A stretch of DNA of 64,000 nucleotides, taken from contig DATHJH010000018.1 in assembly GCA_035489815.1 (NCBI GenBank), forward strand, positions 73,931 to 137,930, read 5' to 3'. Shown here in pieces: positions 9,819-18,588 of the stretch; the stretch's first letter is position 1; every line of letters begins with the position of its first letter. This DNA is from Candidatus Limnocylindria bacterium (GTDB lineage: Bacteria; Patescibacteriota; Saccharimonadia; Saccharimonadales; JAGQNK01). A model generated the notes under the pieces. That model worked only from the letters and a program-made list of their open reading frames with translations. It was not told the DNA's origin and did no database searches. A program made the position numbers and the translations under genes.

Positions 9819-9869
9819 TTGCGGAACTGCCAGTAGTATTGCATATTGCCACTAATGGGGTACTAAAGC

Positions 9870-10403
9870 TTAAGCGGCGGGCGAGGTTGCGGTCAGCGGA
9901 GCTTTCTGGCCCTTCAGGATTTCCTGAATGATGATTTTTTTGTTGGTGATTTCAGTGATTTGCGATCGGTCTACACTTAGCTGTCCGCCGCCCAGGCTTT
10001 TTAAAATGCTTTGGGTGATATAGAGTTTTTGGATATAGAAGGTGGTGGTTTCTGCGGCAAAGTCAGATACTTTGCCGATTTTTTGTTTGCTGGTGGTAAC
10101 TACCTGTTTGCCAATCAGCTGGAAGTCAAGCTGCATGATGTCCTGCAGCCGGACCAGTTCGGCCGGTTCGGCCAGTACCTCGTAGTCGTTGACCACGTAG
10201 CCTTGCGGCAGGGTGTCGCGGATGTCCTGGGTTAGTAAAATGAGTGGTCGTTTCTCAAACCGGTCCTCACAGTAAAACCCTTCAATCTTCAGATTATTGG
10301 GGTTAATAATAGGACGGGAAACAGTGGCCACAGGACCGCCCGTGCGCAAGGACATAACTTGTTTATTCAGAAGGCTATTGCTCAGCTGTAGCATACCATT
10401 CAA
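9870..10403 (-). CDS. Hypothetical protein, possibly a tandem PRC-barrel-like domain protein
   Basis: 177 aa; two repeats of the pattern IGKxVxDxxG typical of PRC-barrels; weak assignment. Confidence 0.35.
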   Translation of the reverse strand: MNGMLQLSNSLLNKQVMSLRTGGPVATVSRPIINPNNLKIEGFYCEDRFEKRPLILLTQDIRDTLPQGYVVNDYEVLAEPAELVRLQDIMQLDFQLIGKQVVTTSKQKIGKVSDFAAETTTFYIQKLYITQSILKSLGGGQLSVDRSQITEITNKKIIIQEILKGQKAPLTATSPAA

Positions 10404-10510
10404 GTATATAGGACTTTGGCGCTTGAAAGGAGATGGGTTCGACCTATTTAGGCCGCGTCACCGGCAGTATACAGATCAGTGTCTGTGCGGTGCTAGAATA
10501 GCCATATGAA

Positions 10511-10972
10511 ATGGGTTCAATGAAACTTCAGATTAGTACTACCGGTGCCGGGCAGACCGAAGCCATAGCAGAAAAGATCGGCAGGGCTCTACGCGGCGGT
10601 GAGGTGATAGAACTTGTCAGTGATCTGGGGGGTGGCAAAACCACGTTTACCCGCGGCCTGGCCCGCGGCGCAGGTAGCCCTGACCGGGTGGCCAGCCCGA
10701 CTTTTACCATTAGTAAGGTATACCGGGGCACAAACCTGGAAATTCACCATTTTGATTTTTACCGCCTGGCAGACGCCGGCCTGATGGAGCACGAGCTGCA
10801 TGATGTGATCGGTGATCCGGGAGTGGTAGTGGTTGTAGAGTGGGGCGATGTGGTGGCTCATGTGCTACCGGACGATCGGCTGACTATTCAGATCAGGCAT
10901 ACTGGCGATGATAGCCGCGGGTTTGAGCTGTCCCATCCCGAAGAGTTGACTTACCTTGTGGAGGGCCTATGA
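10511..10972 (+). CDS. tsaE: tRNA t6A37 biosynthesis protein TsaE (YjeE)
   Basis: P-loop VSDLGGGKTTFTRGLARG, ~150 aa; stop overlaps the tsaB start. Confidence 0.85.
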   Translation: MGSMKLQISTTGAGQTEAIAEKIGRALRGGEVIELVSDLGGGKTTFTRGLARGAGSPDRVASPTFTISKVYRGTNLEIHHFDFYRLADAGLMEHELHDVIGDPGVVVVVEWGDVVAHVLPDDRLTIQIRHTGDDSRGFELSHPEELTYLVEGL

Positions 10973-11367
10973 TTTTGACTATCAGAACTGACAAACCAGA
11001 GGCAGAAATCGGCCTGTTTGACGGCCGAAAAAAGGTTGCCTACCAAACCTGGCAAGCCCACCGCCAGCTGGCCGAAACCATCCACCAAAAAATGCACAAA
11101 ACCCTCTCTGTTAAGGGTCGAACCCTAGAAGATCTAGAAGATGTGACGGGTGTTGTAGTGTACAAGGGGCCGGGGAGTTTTACGGGGCTGCGTATTGGTA
11201 TGAGCGTGGCCAATGCTTTGGCGTATAGTCTGGATATTCCTATCGTAGCAACTGCGGGCGACGACTGGATTGCTGCGGGCATCACCTCTATCCTGGCGAA
11301 CCCTTCAAAAATTCCCGTCATGCCCAAATATGGCTCATCCGTTCACACGACGCAGCCGCGTAAGTAA
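10969..11367 (+). CDS. tsaB: tRNA t6A37 biosynthesis protein TsaB (YeaZ), short form
   Basis: 132 aa; YeaZ N-terminal ASKHA fold (VVVYKGPGSFTGLRIGMSVANALAYSLDIPIV); operon partner of tsaE. Confidence 0.7.
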   Translation: MILTIRTDKPEAEIGLFDGRKKVAYQTWQAHRQLAETIHQKMHKTLSVKGRTLEDLEDVTGVVVYKGPGSFTGLRIGMSVANALAYSLDIPIVATAGDDWIAAGITSILANPSKIPVMPKYGSSVHTTQPRK

Positions 11368-11390
11368 CCGTAATCGCGAGCCGGGTTCAT

Positions 11391-11420
11391 AGAACCTATC
11401 CAAGATCTTGGATAGGTTCT
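11391..11420. repeat. 30-bp perfect palindrome AGAACCTATCCAAGATC|TTGGATAGGTTCT; minimal member of the TIR repeat family
   Basis: Read directly; the same ~23-bp arm recurs as terminal inverted repeats at 32021-32090 and 57001-57182. Confidence 0.65.
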
Positions 11421-11422
11421 TA

Positions 11423-11671
11423 CTACTCGCCGTTTTGCACATCCTGGTTGTAAAGTGCCTGGAGCCCCAAAACTTCCTTCTCACTGGTTGTGATGAGAGA
11501 CTTGGTAGGCTTTGATTCACCCAGTAGAGTAAAGCGGGTAATTGCGCCCGCTGGTCGTGACATAACCTGGCGGGCAATGACGTGCACCTCGTTGTCATGC
11601 GCTTCGTCGTCCGGGCCTGTAACACTCAAAAACAACTCAGGTTCCGACCAGGCTGGAGGTTCGCTTTCCAT
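11423..11671 (-). CDS. Hypothetical acidic protein
   Basis: 82-aa ORF convergent with tsaB and ending at the palindrome; no recognisable domain. Confidence 0.3.
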   Translation of the reverse strand: MESEPPAWSEPELFLSVTGPDDEAHDNEVHVIARQVMSRPAGAITRFTLLGESKPTKSLITTSEKEVLGLQALYNQDVQNGE

Positions 11672-11852
11672 CCCTTCAGCTTACTACACATTGACCACAG
11701 CGGCGCGAAAACCTATAATGAGACCAGGATTAACTACGCTTTTTGAGAGCAGAGTCCGATTTATAAATTTTTGTATACCTAGGTTTCGCTTAGACTAATG
11801 AAGTGAAAGTGATCGTCAGGCAGAAATCCTAGACCGATAGGAAGGAACAAGC

Positions 11853-13367
11853 ATGGAAATACTAGCCGTTTTGCTGGCAGTTGCTGGTATTGGCGTGGGG
11901 TTTGGCGCAAGCAACTATACCACCAGGAAAAAGATTGGTTCGGCCGAAGAAGCCGCCGAAAAAGAACTAAAAAGAGCTAAAAAAGAAGCCGAAAAGGCCC
12001 TGTCGGACGCCCGCGAAGAAGCCGCCCAGCTGGGCGACCAGGCCCGCAGGGACGAAACCACCCGCCGCAAGGAACTGAAGGAGATAGAACAGCGCCTCCT
12101 GGACCGCGAAGAGGCTCTGGACAAAAAGCTGGATCAAATAGACAAGCGTACAGAGACGCTCCGAAAAAGCGAGGCAGAAGTAGAAGACCTTAAAAATGAA
12201 ATCCGCGACATCCGCAAAAAACAGCAGGAAAAGCTGGAAAAAGTCGCCAAACTGAGCAAAGAGGATGCCGCCCAAAAGCTGATGCAGATGACAGAGAGGG
12301 ACATTCGGGGCGACCTGACCGGACTCGTCAGCAAATTGCAAAACGAAGCCCGGGAGCTGGGCGAGGAAAAGGCCGGCGCCATCATCGTCGAAGCCATGGA
12401 GCGCATGGCCAGCGAGGTCACGGCAGAACGCACGGTCACAGCGGTCAAGCTGGGTGACGAAGAAATGAAGGGCCGCATCATCGGCAAAGAGGGCCGCAAC
12501 ATCCAGGCCCTGCAACGCGCTACTGGTGTGGACATTATGGTGGATGACACCCCGGGCATGATTATCCTCAGCAGCTTTGACCCGGTTCGCCGGGAGGTTG
12601 CCCGGCAGGCCCTGGAAATGCTTATGAAAGACGGACGTATCCACCCCGGCCGTATAGAAGAGATAGTGGAGAAGGCCCAAAAGAACGTCCAGAAAGACGT
12701 CATGCGCGCCGGCGAAGATGCCGCCCGTGAGGTAGGCGTCATAGGTATCCCGCGTGAGGTTCTGCAGCTGTTGGGCGAGCTCAAGTTCCGAACTAGTTAT
12801 GGTCAGAATGTGCTGAAACACAGCACCGAAATGGCCCACATTGCCGGCATCATCGCCGAAGAAGTCGGCGCCAACGTAAAGATCGTCAAGTACGCTGCCC
12901 TGGTCCACGATCTTGGCAAAGCGCTGACCCACAAAATGGAGGGCAAGCACCACCACATTTCTGGTGAGATGCTGCGCAAATACGGCGCCCCGGAAGAGGT
13001 CGCCCTGGCCGCCGAACAGCACCATGACGATGTTGAAGCCACCACCACAGAGGCCATCATCGTCCGGGTGGTAGACGCCATCAGCGCCTCCCGTCCGGGT
13101 GCCCGCAACATCAGTGCAGAGAACTTTGCCGAACGCATGAAGGACCTGGAGAATGTGGCCAATGGTTTCCCCGGCATAGACAAGTCCTACGCCATCAGCG
13201 CCGGCCGCGAAGTCCGCGTGTTTGTAAAACCTGGCCAGATTGACGACCTGAGCGCCATCAAGCTGGCCCGGGACATAGCCACCAAAATAGAGTCCACCAT
13301 GCAGTACCCCGGAACGATCAAGGTCAACGTCATCCGCGAAACCCGTGCCATAGAATTTGCCAAATAA
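11853..13367 (+). CDS. rny: Ribonuclease Y
   Basis: N-terminal TM, coiled coil, KH domain (GRIIGKEGRNIQAL), HD domain (HDLGKA...); 504 aa. Confidence 0.93.
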   Translation: MEILAVLLAVAGIGVGFGASNYTTRKKIGSAEEAAEKELKRAKKEAEKALSDAREEAAQLGDQARRDETTRRKELKEIEQRLLDREEALDKKLDQIDKRTETLRKSEAEVEDLKNEIRDIRKKQQEKLEKVAKLSKEDAAQKLMQMTERDIRGDLTGLVSKLQNEARELGEEKAGAIIVEAMERMASEVTAERTVTAVKLGDEEMKGRIIGKEGRNIQALQRATGVDIMVDDTPGMIILSSFDPVRREVARQALEMLMKDGRIHPGRIEEIVEKAQKNVQKDVMRAGEDAAREVGVIGIPREVLQLLGELKFRTSYGQNVLKHSTEMAHIAGIIAEEVGANVKIVKYAALVHDLGKALTHKMEGKHHHISGEMLRKYGAPEEVALAAEQHHDDVEATTTEAIIVRVVDAISASRPGARNISAENFAERMKDLENVANGFPGIDKSYAISAGREVRVFVKPGQIDDLSAIKLARDIATKIESTMQYPGTIKVNVIRETRAIEFAK

Positions 13368-13415
13368 TGTAGTATAGTATCTATAGTATGTCGTAGTATT
13401 CCCTCAGGAGAACCG

Positions 13416-13787
13416 ATGACAGACACTCTACTCACACCCACAGAACGCGCAAGCGATGAACAAGACCTCATCCTGGGTCCACCGCTCCCCAAAAGGCACC
13501 AGGTACTGGAAAGAGGAGGCTGGGAATTAGTCGTGAGATATTGCCCGGCAGCAGGAGGCACGAAACTGCCGCACGACAAAGTGCAAGCTGGACTGATCAT
13601 GGGGGCTCTGGATCTGGAGCGAGTATCCTCAGAAAGCGGCCTATGGCGCGAAGCGTGGTATGTCAATCCAAAACAGCCCCAGCTCGCAGAAGCCTGTGCC
13701 GTTGCTGAAAATATATGCATGGTGGTTCAGAGCATGGGGGAACTCGTGACCAATGTAGAGTTTGGCCCTCAGTTCAAAGCTTTATAA
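13416..13787 (+). CDS. Hypothetical protein
   Basis: 123-aa ORF with coding-like composition and no recognisable motif. Confidence 0.35.
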   Translation: MTDTLLTPTERASDEQDLILGPPLPKRHQVLERGGWELVVRYCPAAGGTKLPHDKVQAGLIMGALDLERVSSESGLWREAWYVNPKQPQLAEACAVAENICMVVQSMGELVTNVEFGPQFKAL

Positions 13788-13840
13788 GGCTGATGTTTCT
13801 GACCCGCATGCACATTAAAATTCACCCCCGTTCCTGTCAT

Positions 13841-13925
13841 GCCGCACTAGATGCGGCATCCAGTCCATTTAAGAAGTTGATTTTTTCCCACTGGATTCTG
13901 AATCAAGTTCAGAATGACAAAGTGC
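13841..13925. repeat. Structured intergenic repeat (ATCCAGT ... ACTGGAT, hairpin TTCTGAA-TCAAG-TTCAGAA, ATGACA); family member A
   Basis: Shares ACTGGAT + hairpin + ATGACA architecture with 43921-44000 and 59733-59815; hairpin stems covary. Confidence 0.5.
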
Positions 13926-14002
13926 ACGCGGGTCAGCTGATGTTTTGGTGGCGTTTCCGGTAGTGCTAAAATGAGGGCAGATATATAAGAACCGGAATCT
14001 AT

Positions 14003-14269
14003 ATGGCCAAGCAAAACGAACGCGAAATTTTAAAAGACATCCTCCATGGCATACGCGACCTGATCCGTCAGACTCGCACTAACCGCCAGGAACTTCAGAA
14101 ACTGGAGGCCGAGATAGTACAGCTGCACGACGCCGGCCATATGTCTGATTTGTTTTACGACATAGAAATGGAACGGGCCCGCCGGGCGCACAAAAGCGTC
14201 AACTACTGTATGAAAAGCCTGGAACGCCAGAAAAAAGTGGCCCTCTGGCAGCTCAAAGAACTCGAATAA
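14003..14269 (+). CDS. Hypothetical coiled-coil protein
   Basis: 88 aa, charged and helical, no known domain. Confidence 0.4.
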   Translation: MAKQNEREILKDILHGIRDLIRQTRTNRQELQKLEAEIVQLHDAGHMSDLFYDIEMERARRAHKSVNYCMKSLERQKKVALWQLKELE

Positions 14270-14541
14270 TCCTTCATCCTCCAGATTTTTGCACCAAATA
14301 ACACCATTGAACCCATCACAAAACTCTTCCCCACTGCAAACCCTACCTGGTGCACTATATGACTGTTTTGCTTCGCAGAGTAGCTACGGCTACTCTTTGT
14401 CACAAGAACAGCCATATGGCACTACCAGGACAGGCTTTTCGTATTTGGGAGGAGTTTTGCAATGGGTTCATAGAAGTACGTCTTCTAGGATTTCTGGCAT
14501 CCAGTAGGCCCTAAAGTACCGTCTGCCGTATACTAGACAGT

Positions 14542-15180
14542 ATGAAACTAACCAAATTCGTCCACTCCTGCTTACTGGCAGAAACGGCAGATCAGACTGT
14601 TTTGTTTGACCCCGGGGAATTCAGCTGGGAGTCCGGTTTATTTGATATAGCAAAGTTGGGTAAACTGGACGCCGTGGTCATCACCCACGAACACCCGGAT
14701 CATTTTAATGAAGAGTTTGTAAAAGCGATTGCCAAATCGTTCCCCGAGGCGTGCTTCATTGCGCCGCCGTCAGTCGTGGCTGTGCTTCAGAAAATGGGTA
14801 TACCAAACGCTTTTTGCGAATCAACAGACAGTATCAGAGTCTTTTCCACTAAGCGCCACGCCAGTATGGAGCCGCTGGCGCCCCCTCCGCCGGAGAACAT
14901 TGCTGTACACTTTGCCGGCCAGCTGACTGTTGGCGGGGACCGGCATGATCTGGAGGAGTCTATGGAGATTCTGGCTCTGCCAATCACCGCTCCGTGGGGT
15001 AGCGTCCGGGAGGGCGCGGAAATGGTCATGCGGCTTAAACCAAAATATGTCATTCCCATCCATGATTGGCCCTGGAATACTAGCGCCCGGCAGGATGAGT
15101 ACGACCGTTCCAGCAGCGTCTACAAGCAGCACGGCATCACCTTTATCAAACCGGTAGACGGCCAGGTATTTGAGATCTAA
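14542..15180 (+). CDS. MBL-fold metallo-hydrolase
   Basis: Motif VITHEHPDHF (HxHxDH), 212 aa. Confidence 0.75.
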   Translation: MKLTKFVHSCLLAETADQTVLFDPGEFSWESGLFDIAKLGKLDAVVITHEHPDHFNEEFVKAIAKSFPEACFIAPPSVVAVLQKMGIPNAFCESTDSIRVFSTKRHASMEPLAPPPPENIAVHFAGQLTVGGDRHDLEESMEILALPITAPWGSVREGAEMVMRLKPKYVIPIHDWPWNTSARQDEYDRSSSVYKQHGITFIKPVDGQVFEI

Positions 15181-15780
15181 ATGCAGACCGAGATAGAGGC
15201 TAAGTTCCTCAATGTCAATCATGATAAACTTCGTGCCAAATTAAAAGAGCTCGGTGCCGAGTGCGCACAGCCGATGCAGGTTCTGACGCGCGTAAATATG
15301 GATTTCAAAGACAAATCACTCTCGGAAAAAGGCGGCTGGGTGCGTGTCCGTGGCGATGGAAAAAAGGCCACCCTGGCATACAAGGAACTGGGCAGCTGGA
15401 CGTTGCACGGTGTCAAAGAAATAGAGGTCAATGTGTCGGATTTTGCTGACACACAAAAGCTACTAGAGGCAATCGGGCTCGAAGTCTACGCCTACCAGGT
15501 GACAAAGCGCGAAACCTGGGAATACAAAGGCGCAGAAATTGTCCTGGACATCTGGCCGTGGGTAAAACCATTTATAGAAATAGAGGGACCGTCAGAAGAA
15601 AACGTACGTGAAGTCGCCGGCGAACTGGGGTTTGAGTGGGACAAGGATGCGGTGTTTGGCAGTGTAGAACCGGTTTACCTGGCTGATTTTGACATCACTA
15701 ACGAGCAGTTTTATACGCTTGATAAAATGACATTCGATGACAGGCCGCCAGAGTGGCTGGAAAAGAAGAGGCGCGGGTGA
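15181..15780 (+). CDS. CYTH-domain protein (class IV adenylyl cyclase / triphosphatase family)
   Basis: N-terminal EIEAKF signature (ExExK) and ~200 aa size typical of CYTH. Confidence 0.8.
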   Translation: MQTEIEAKFLNVNHDKLRAKLKELGAECAQPMQVLTRVNMDFKDKSLSEKGGWVRVRGDGKKATLAYKELGSWTLHGVKEIEVNVSDFADTQKLLEAIGLEVYAYQVTKRETWEYKGAEIVLDIWPWVKPFIEIEGPSEENVREVAGELGFEWDKDAVFGSVEPVYLADFDITNEQFYTLDKMTFDDRPPEWLEKKRRG

Positions 15781-15886
15781 ATCCCGTTACAACCCAAAAG
15801 ACACCCAGAATACACAGAACGGTTGAATCTGACTCTGTACTTCAGCCGTCTATGGGACGTACGGTAAGTAAGTGGGTTGTAAGGGG

Positions 15887-16681
15887 ATGAATATTCTCTA
15901 CATTGGCGACATCATGGGCGAGCCGGGGATTGAGACGGTCCGTCAGCTGCTGCCCCGGCTTAAAAAAGATCACAAAATTGACCTGGTGATTGCCCAGGCA
16001 GAGAACGTGACCGAAGGCAAGGGGCTGTCAAAGGCCGACTTCAAGCGCCTCAGGGACATGGGTATAGATTTCTGCACCGGTGGCAACTGGACTGCACATC
16101 GTCCAGAGATAGAAGACTACTTGAGCGATCCGCAGCAGCCGGTTATTCGGCCGGCCAACTACCCGGCCGACACACCCGGCCGGGGCTGGAAATATATTGA
16201 CGTAAAGGGGGGCAAGGTTCTGGTCATCAGCTTGCTGGGCAAGATTGTCGGCAAAGACTCGGACAAGCCGGTAGATAATCCCCTGAAAGTCATTGACGCT
16301 ATTTTAGAAAAAAACAAAGGTGTGGAGCGTCTGGCGACAGTAGTGAATTTTCACGGTGACTACAGCAGTGAAAAACGGGTCATTGGCTATCACCTGGACG
16401 GCCGGGTGACGGCCGTGATAGGTGATCACTGGCATGTGCCAACGGCAGACGCCATGGTGCTGCCAAAAGGCACAGCGCATATAACCGATGTCGGTATGTG
16501 CGGCAGCCTGCATTCCAGCCTAGGCGTAAAACTGGACAGCATCCTGCCCCGCTGGCGCGACGGCCAGATCAACCGCAACGAACTGGAAACCGCTCGCCCT
16601 TACCAGTTCAACGCCGTCCTCATCAAAACCACCCCCGCCGGCCTTGCCCAATCCATCGACCCGATTCAAATAATTGTGTAA
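15887..16681 (+). CDS. ymdB: YmdB-family metallophosphoesterase (2',3'-cyclic-nucleotide phosphodiesterase, TIGR00282)
   Basis: MNILYIGDIMGEPG...VIAQAENVTEGKG..., SD AAGGGG before the ATG at 15887; rny-ymdB linkage is common. Confidence 0.85.
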   Translation: MNILYIGDIMGEPGIETVRQLLPRLKKDHKIDLVIAQAENVTEGKGLSKADFKRLRDMGIDFCTGGNWTAHRPEIEDYLSDPQQPVIRPANYPADTPGRGWKYIDVKGGKVLVISLLGKIVGKDSDKPVDNPLKVIDAILEKNKGVERLATVVNFHGDYSSEKRVIGYHLDGRVTAVIGDHWHVPTADAMVLPKGTAHITDVGMCGSLHSSLGVKLDSILPRWRDGQINRNELETARPYQFNAVLIKTTPAGLAQSIDPIQIIV

Positions 16682-16687
16682 CTGGTT

Positions 16688-17224
16688 CTAATGTCTTTCG
16701 GGCGCGCGATACATCATCTGCCTAAAAGCCTGGTCGGCAGTTTCTTGTGGCAGTGGCGACAAAGGATCGCCTCCATGCAAAGATACGCGGCCAATATGCA
16801 TGCTTGTCAGGTCCTCATCCCTGAAAGCTTCATGGCAGTCATACCAATCAACGTTTAGTTCTGGTCGTCCAGAGCCTCCTGGCAGCACATCTACAGTACC
16901 TTCTTCTGTGTAACCAATGCGGGATGTCACGACCGCAAAACTCGGGTGTGCAAGCGACAAGAGAAAACGTTGTGGATCAGGACTTCTTTCTATAGCCTCA
17001 TCTAATGTTGGTGGCTCGCCGGAAGCGGGATGATAGGCGTCAAAAAGATCAATAACGTTTACGCCTGGGTAATCTGGTTCGGGAGCAGTGTGCACTCGCT
17101 TATAGTGGCCCATTTCTAGTGCGTACCAGCGATGCGCCAGTACTCTTGGGCCGTCGGTTGTACTAACCTTTAGCGAATAAACCTTATCACCAAGTAGGGG
17201 GACCGTATCCACAAATTCTGCCAT
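16688..17224 (-). CDS. Hypothetical protein
   Basis: 178-aa ORF, no recognisable motif. Confidence 0.4.
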   Translation of the reverse strand: MAEFVDTVPLLGDKVYSLKVSTTDGPRVLAHRWYALEMGHYKRVHTAPEPDYPGVNVIDLFDAYHPASGEPPTLDEAIERSPDPQRFLLSLAHPSFAVVTSRIGYTEEGTVDVLPGGSGRPELNVDWYDCHEAFRDEDLTSMHIGRVSLHGGDPLSPLPQETADQAFRQMMYRAPERH

Positions 17225-17431
17225 AATTATAACTCCTTATTCAGCCCATTGTATGTTTCTGAGATACAAAAGCAAGTACTGGGCGCAAAACCTCTGTTTT
17301 TTCTGGGGCTGTACTGCTTGTGGGGTGAAAGGGCAAAGCACGCCTAGGCGTCATGCTCCCCGGCTGTCTTTCAGACAGCCGGGTGCGCGCGATAGTTAAC
17401 GACCGAACCTTCGACTTACTCTAACCAATGA

Positions 17432-17463
17432 AAAAGACTGTCAGAAAAGACAGTCTTTTTCAT
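17432..17463. terminator. Terminator hairpin (AAAAAGACTGTC-AGAAAA-GACAGTCTTTTT) at the 3' end of tRNA-Pro
   Basis: 12-bp perfect stem with A/T runs, immediately after the tRNA CCA end on the minus strand. Confidence 0.55.
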
Positions 17464-17540
17464 TGGTCGGGGTGAAAGGACTCGAACCTTCGACCTCCGC
17501 GTCCCAAACGCGGCGCGCTAGCCAACTGCGCCACACCCCG
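17464..17540 (-). tRNA. tRNA-Pro (anticodon TGG), CCA encoded
   Basis: Manual cloverleaf: acceptor CGGGGTG/CACCCCG (C1-G72), anticodon loop TTTGGGA, T-loop TTCGAGT, 77 nt. Confidence 0.9.
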
Positions 17541-17660
17541 GCGTCGAGGTGTAATGGTCAGGTAGCTGAAGTGCTGGCAAAACAAGTTTGCCCATCACTT
17601 CTAGCTACCTGACCAAGCCCTCTCCTCTACAAATTCGAGAATCCTCTCTCGAATTTGGAC
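17541..17660. repeat. tRNA-upstream conserved structured element, copy 1: ~60-nt imperfect hairpin with core TGGCAAAACAAGTTTGCC, box ACCAAGCCCTCTCCTCTACAAA, small hairpin TTCGAGA-ATCC-TCTCGAA
   Basis: Same architecture directly 5' of tRNA-Pro(CGG), tRNA-His and tRNA-Arg(CCG); outer stems differ but stay complementary. Confidence 0.6.
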
Positions 17661-17689
17661 TGGCTTCATTTTGTTAAGGACGCTGTGCT

Positions 17690-17775
17690 TACTGGCAAAA
17701 CAAGTTTGCTCGGCACTTCTAATAACACACCAAGCCGCTCCTTATCAAAATTGCGGATCCTCTCGCGTTTTGGGC
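17690..17775. repeat. Degenerate tandem second copy of the tRNA-upstream element (TGGCAAAACAAGTTTGCT...CACACCAAGCCGCTCCTTATCAAAATTGCGGATCCTCTCGCGTTTTGGG)
   Basis: Shares the core and pyrimidine box with copy 1 but the outer stem is eroded. Confidence 0.45.
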
Positions 17776-18101
17776 CTACGTGTCGAGTCTATTTTAACAG
17801 ATTAGGCCCAGGGATCAAAGCTTTGTGGTTTTCTTAAAGAGGATCACCAACGTAGGTCACGGCAAGGTAGTTATTTGTTGCACTGCGAAGGGTGCCACAG
17901 TTGCTAGATCAAGTTAGAGGGTGCGGGTGCTTGCTTGAACCTTCGACTCTATATCAATGCCTGCTATACTGCTAAGGTTTTTAACCCCGCTAGACCAAAG
18001 TTTGGCGGGCCTTGTACGGTTCTTCCTTCTGGGCCCCGCGAACACTTCGCCGAGCAGAAGTTCTGTGCAGGGATTTTTGTTTTACCAAAATCAGGAGGAC
18101 T

Positions 18102-18530
18102 ATGGGCGAAGGAATCGAGGCAGTAGAAATAGCGATGCATAAGCACCTTTTGAGTGGCATTGATGACAGTTTGCGGCAGCTAAATGGCCAGGGCTTAGCC
18201 GAACTGGCGACCCATAATCCCTCGGGTGCCTATGCAGTCCTGCGCGCGGGCGTTATAAAATATGCTGAGAGTACTGAATCTATTGAGGGGTCGTTTGCAG
18301 CCACGCGCACAGATGATGGCGAGCAGGCAACCACCGGCCTGGCCAAGCAGTCTATAGCAGCTCACCTGCCAGAGCCCGACACTCAGGCTGTAGAGGTGGT
18401 ACTATCAACATTTTCCAGACGGGCTCATCGAGGACTTATCAGTATTCGCGAGCCCGGAGCTTGGGGCGATGGTCCTGTCCCTACCCAGCTGATTAGGTTC
18501 CAAGTTGTCCCGCCCAACCTTGGCCCATGA
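18102..18530 (+). CDS. Hypothetical protein
   Basis: ORF with SD AGGAGG 7 nt before the ATG at 18102; no recognisable domain; start uncertain (ORF track starts at 18012). Confidence 0.4.
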   Translation: MGEGIEAVEIAMHKHLLSGIDDSLRQLNGQGLAELATHNPSGAYAVLRAGVIKYAESTESIEGSFAATRTDDGEQATTGLAKQSIAAHLPEPDTQAVEVVLSTFSRRAHRGLISIREPGAWGDGPVPTQLIRFQVVPPNLGP

Positions 18531-18588
18531 TGACTGCGCCGCCGATGTTTTTCGTTTTTGGTTCGTACTGACAGGGTCCCAACAGGGG

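Noticed and set aside
9625-9855. 76-aa + ORF and 64-aa minus ORF
   Set aside because: Span the 17-bp-stem terminator hairpin in a short intergenic gap; mirror-image translations of a palindrome
11967-13025. 352-aa minus-strand ORF
   Set aside because: Antisense to rny (KH/HD motifs are on the + strand); spurious
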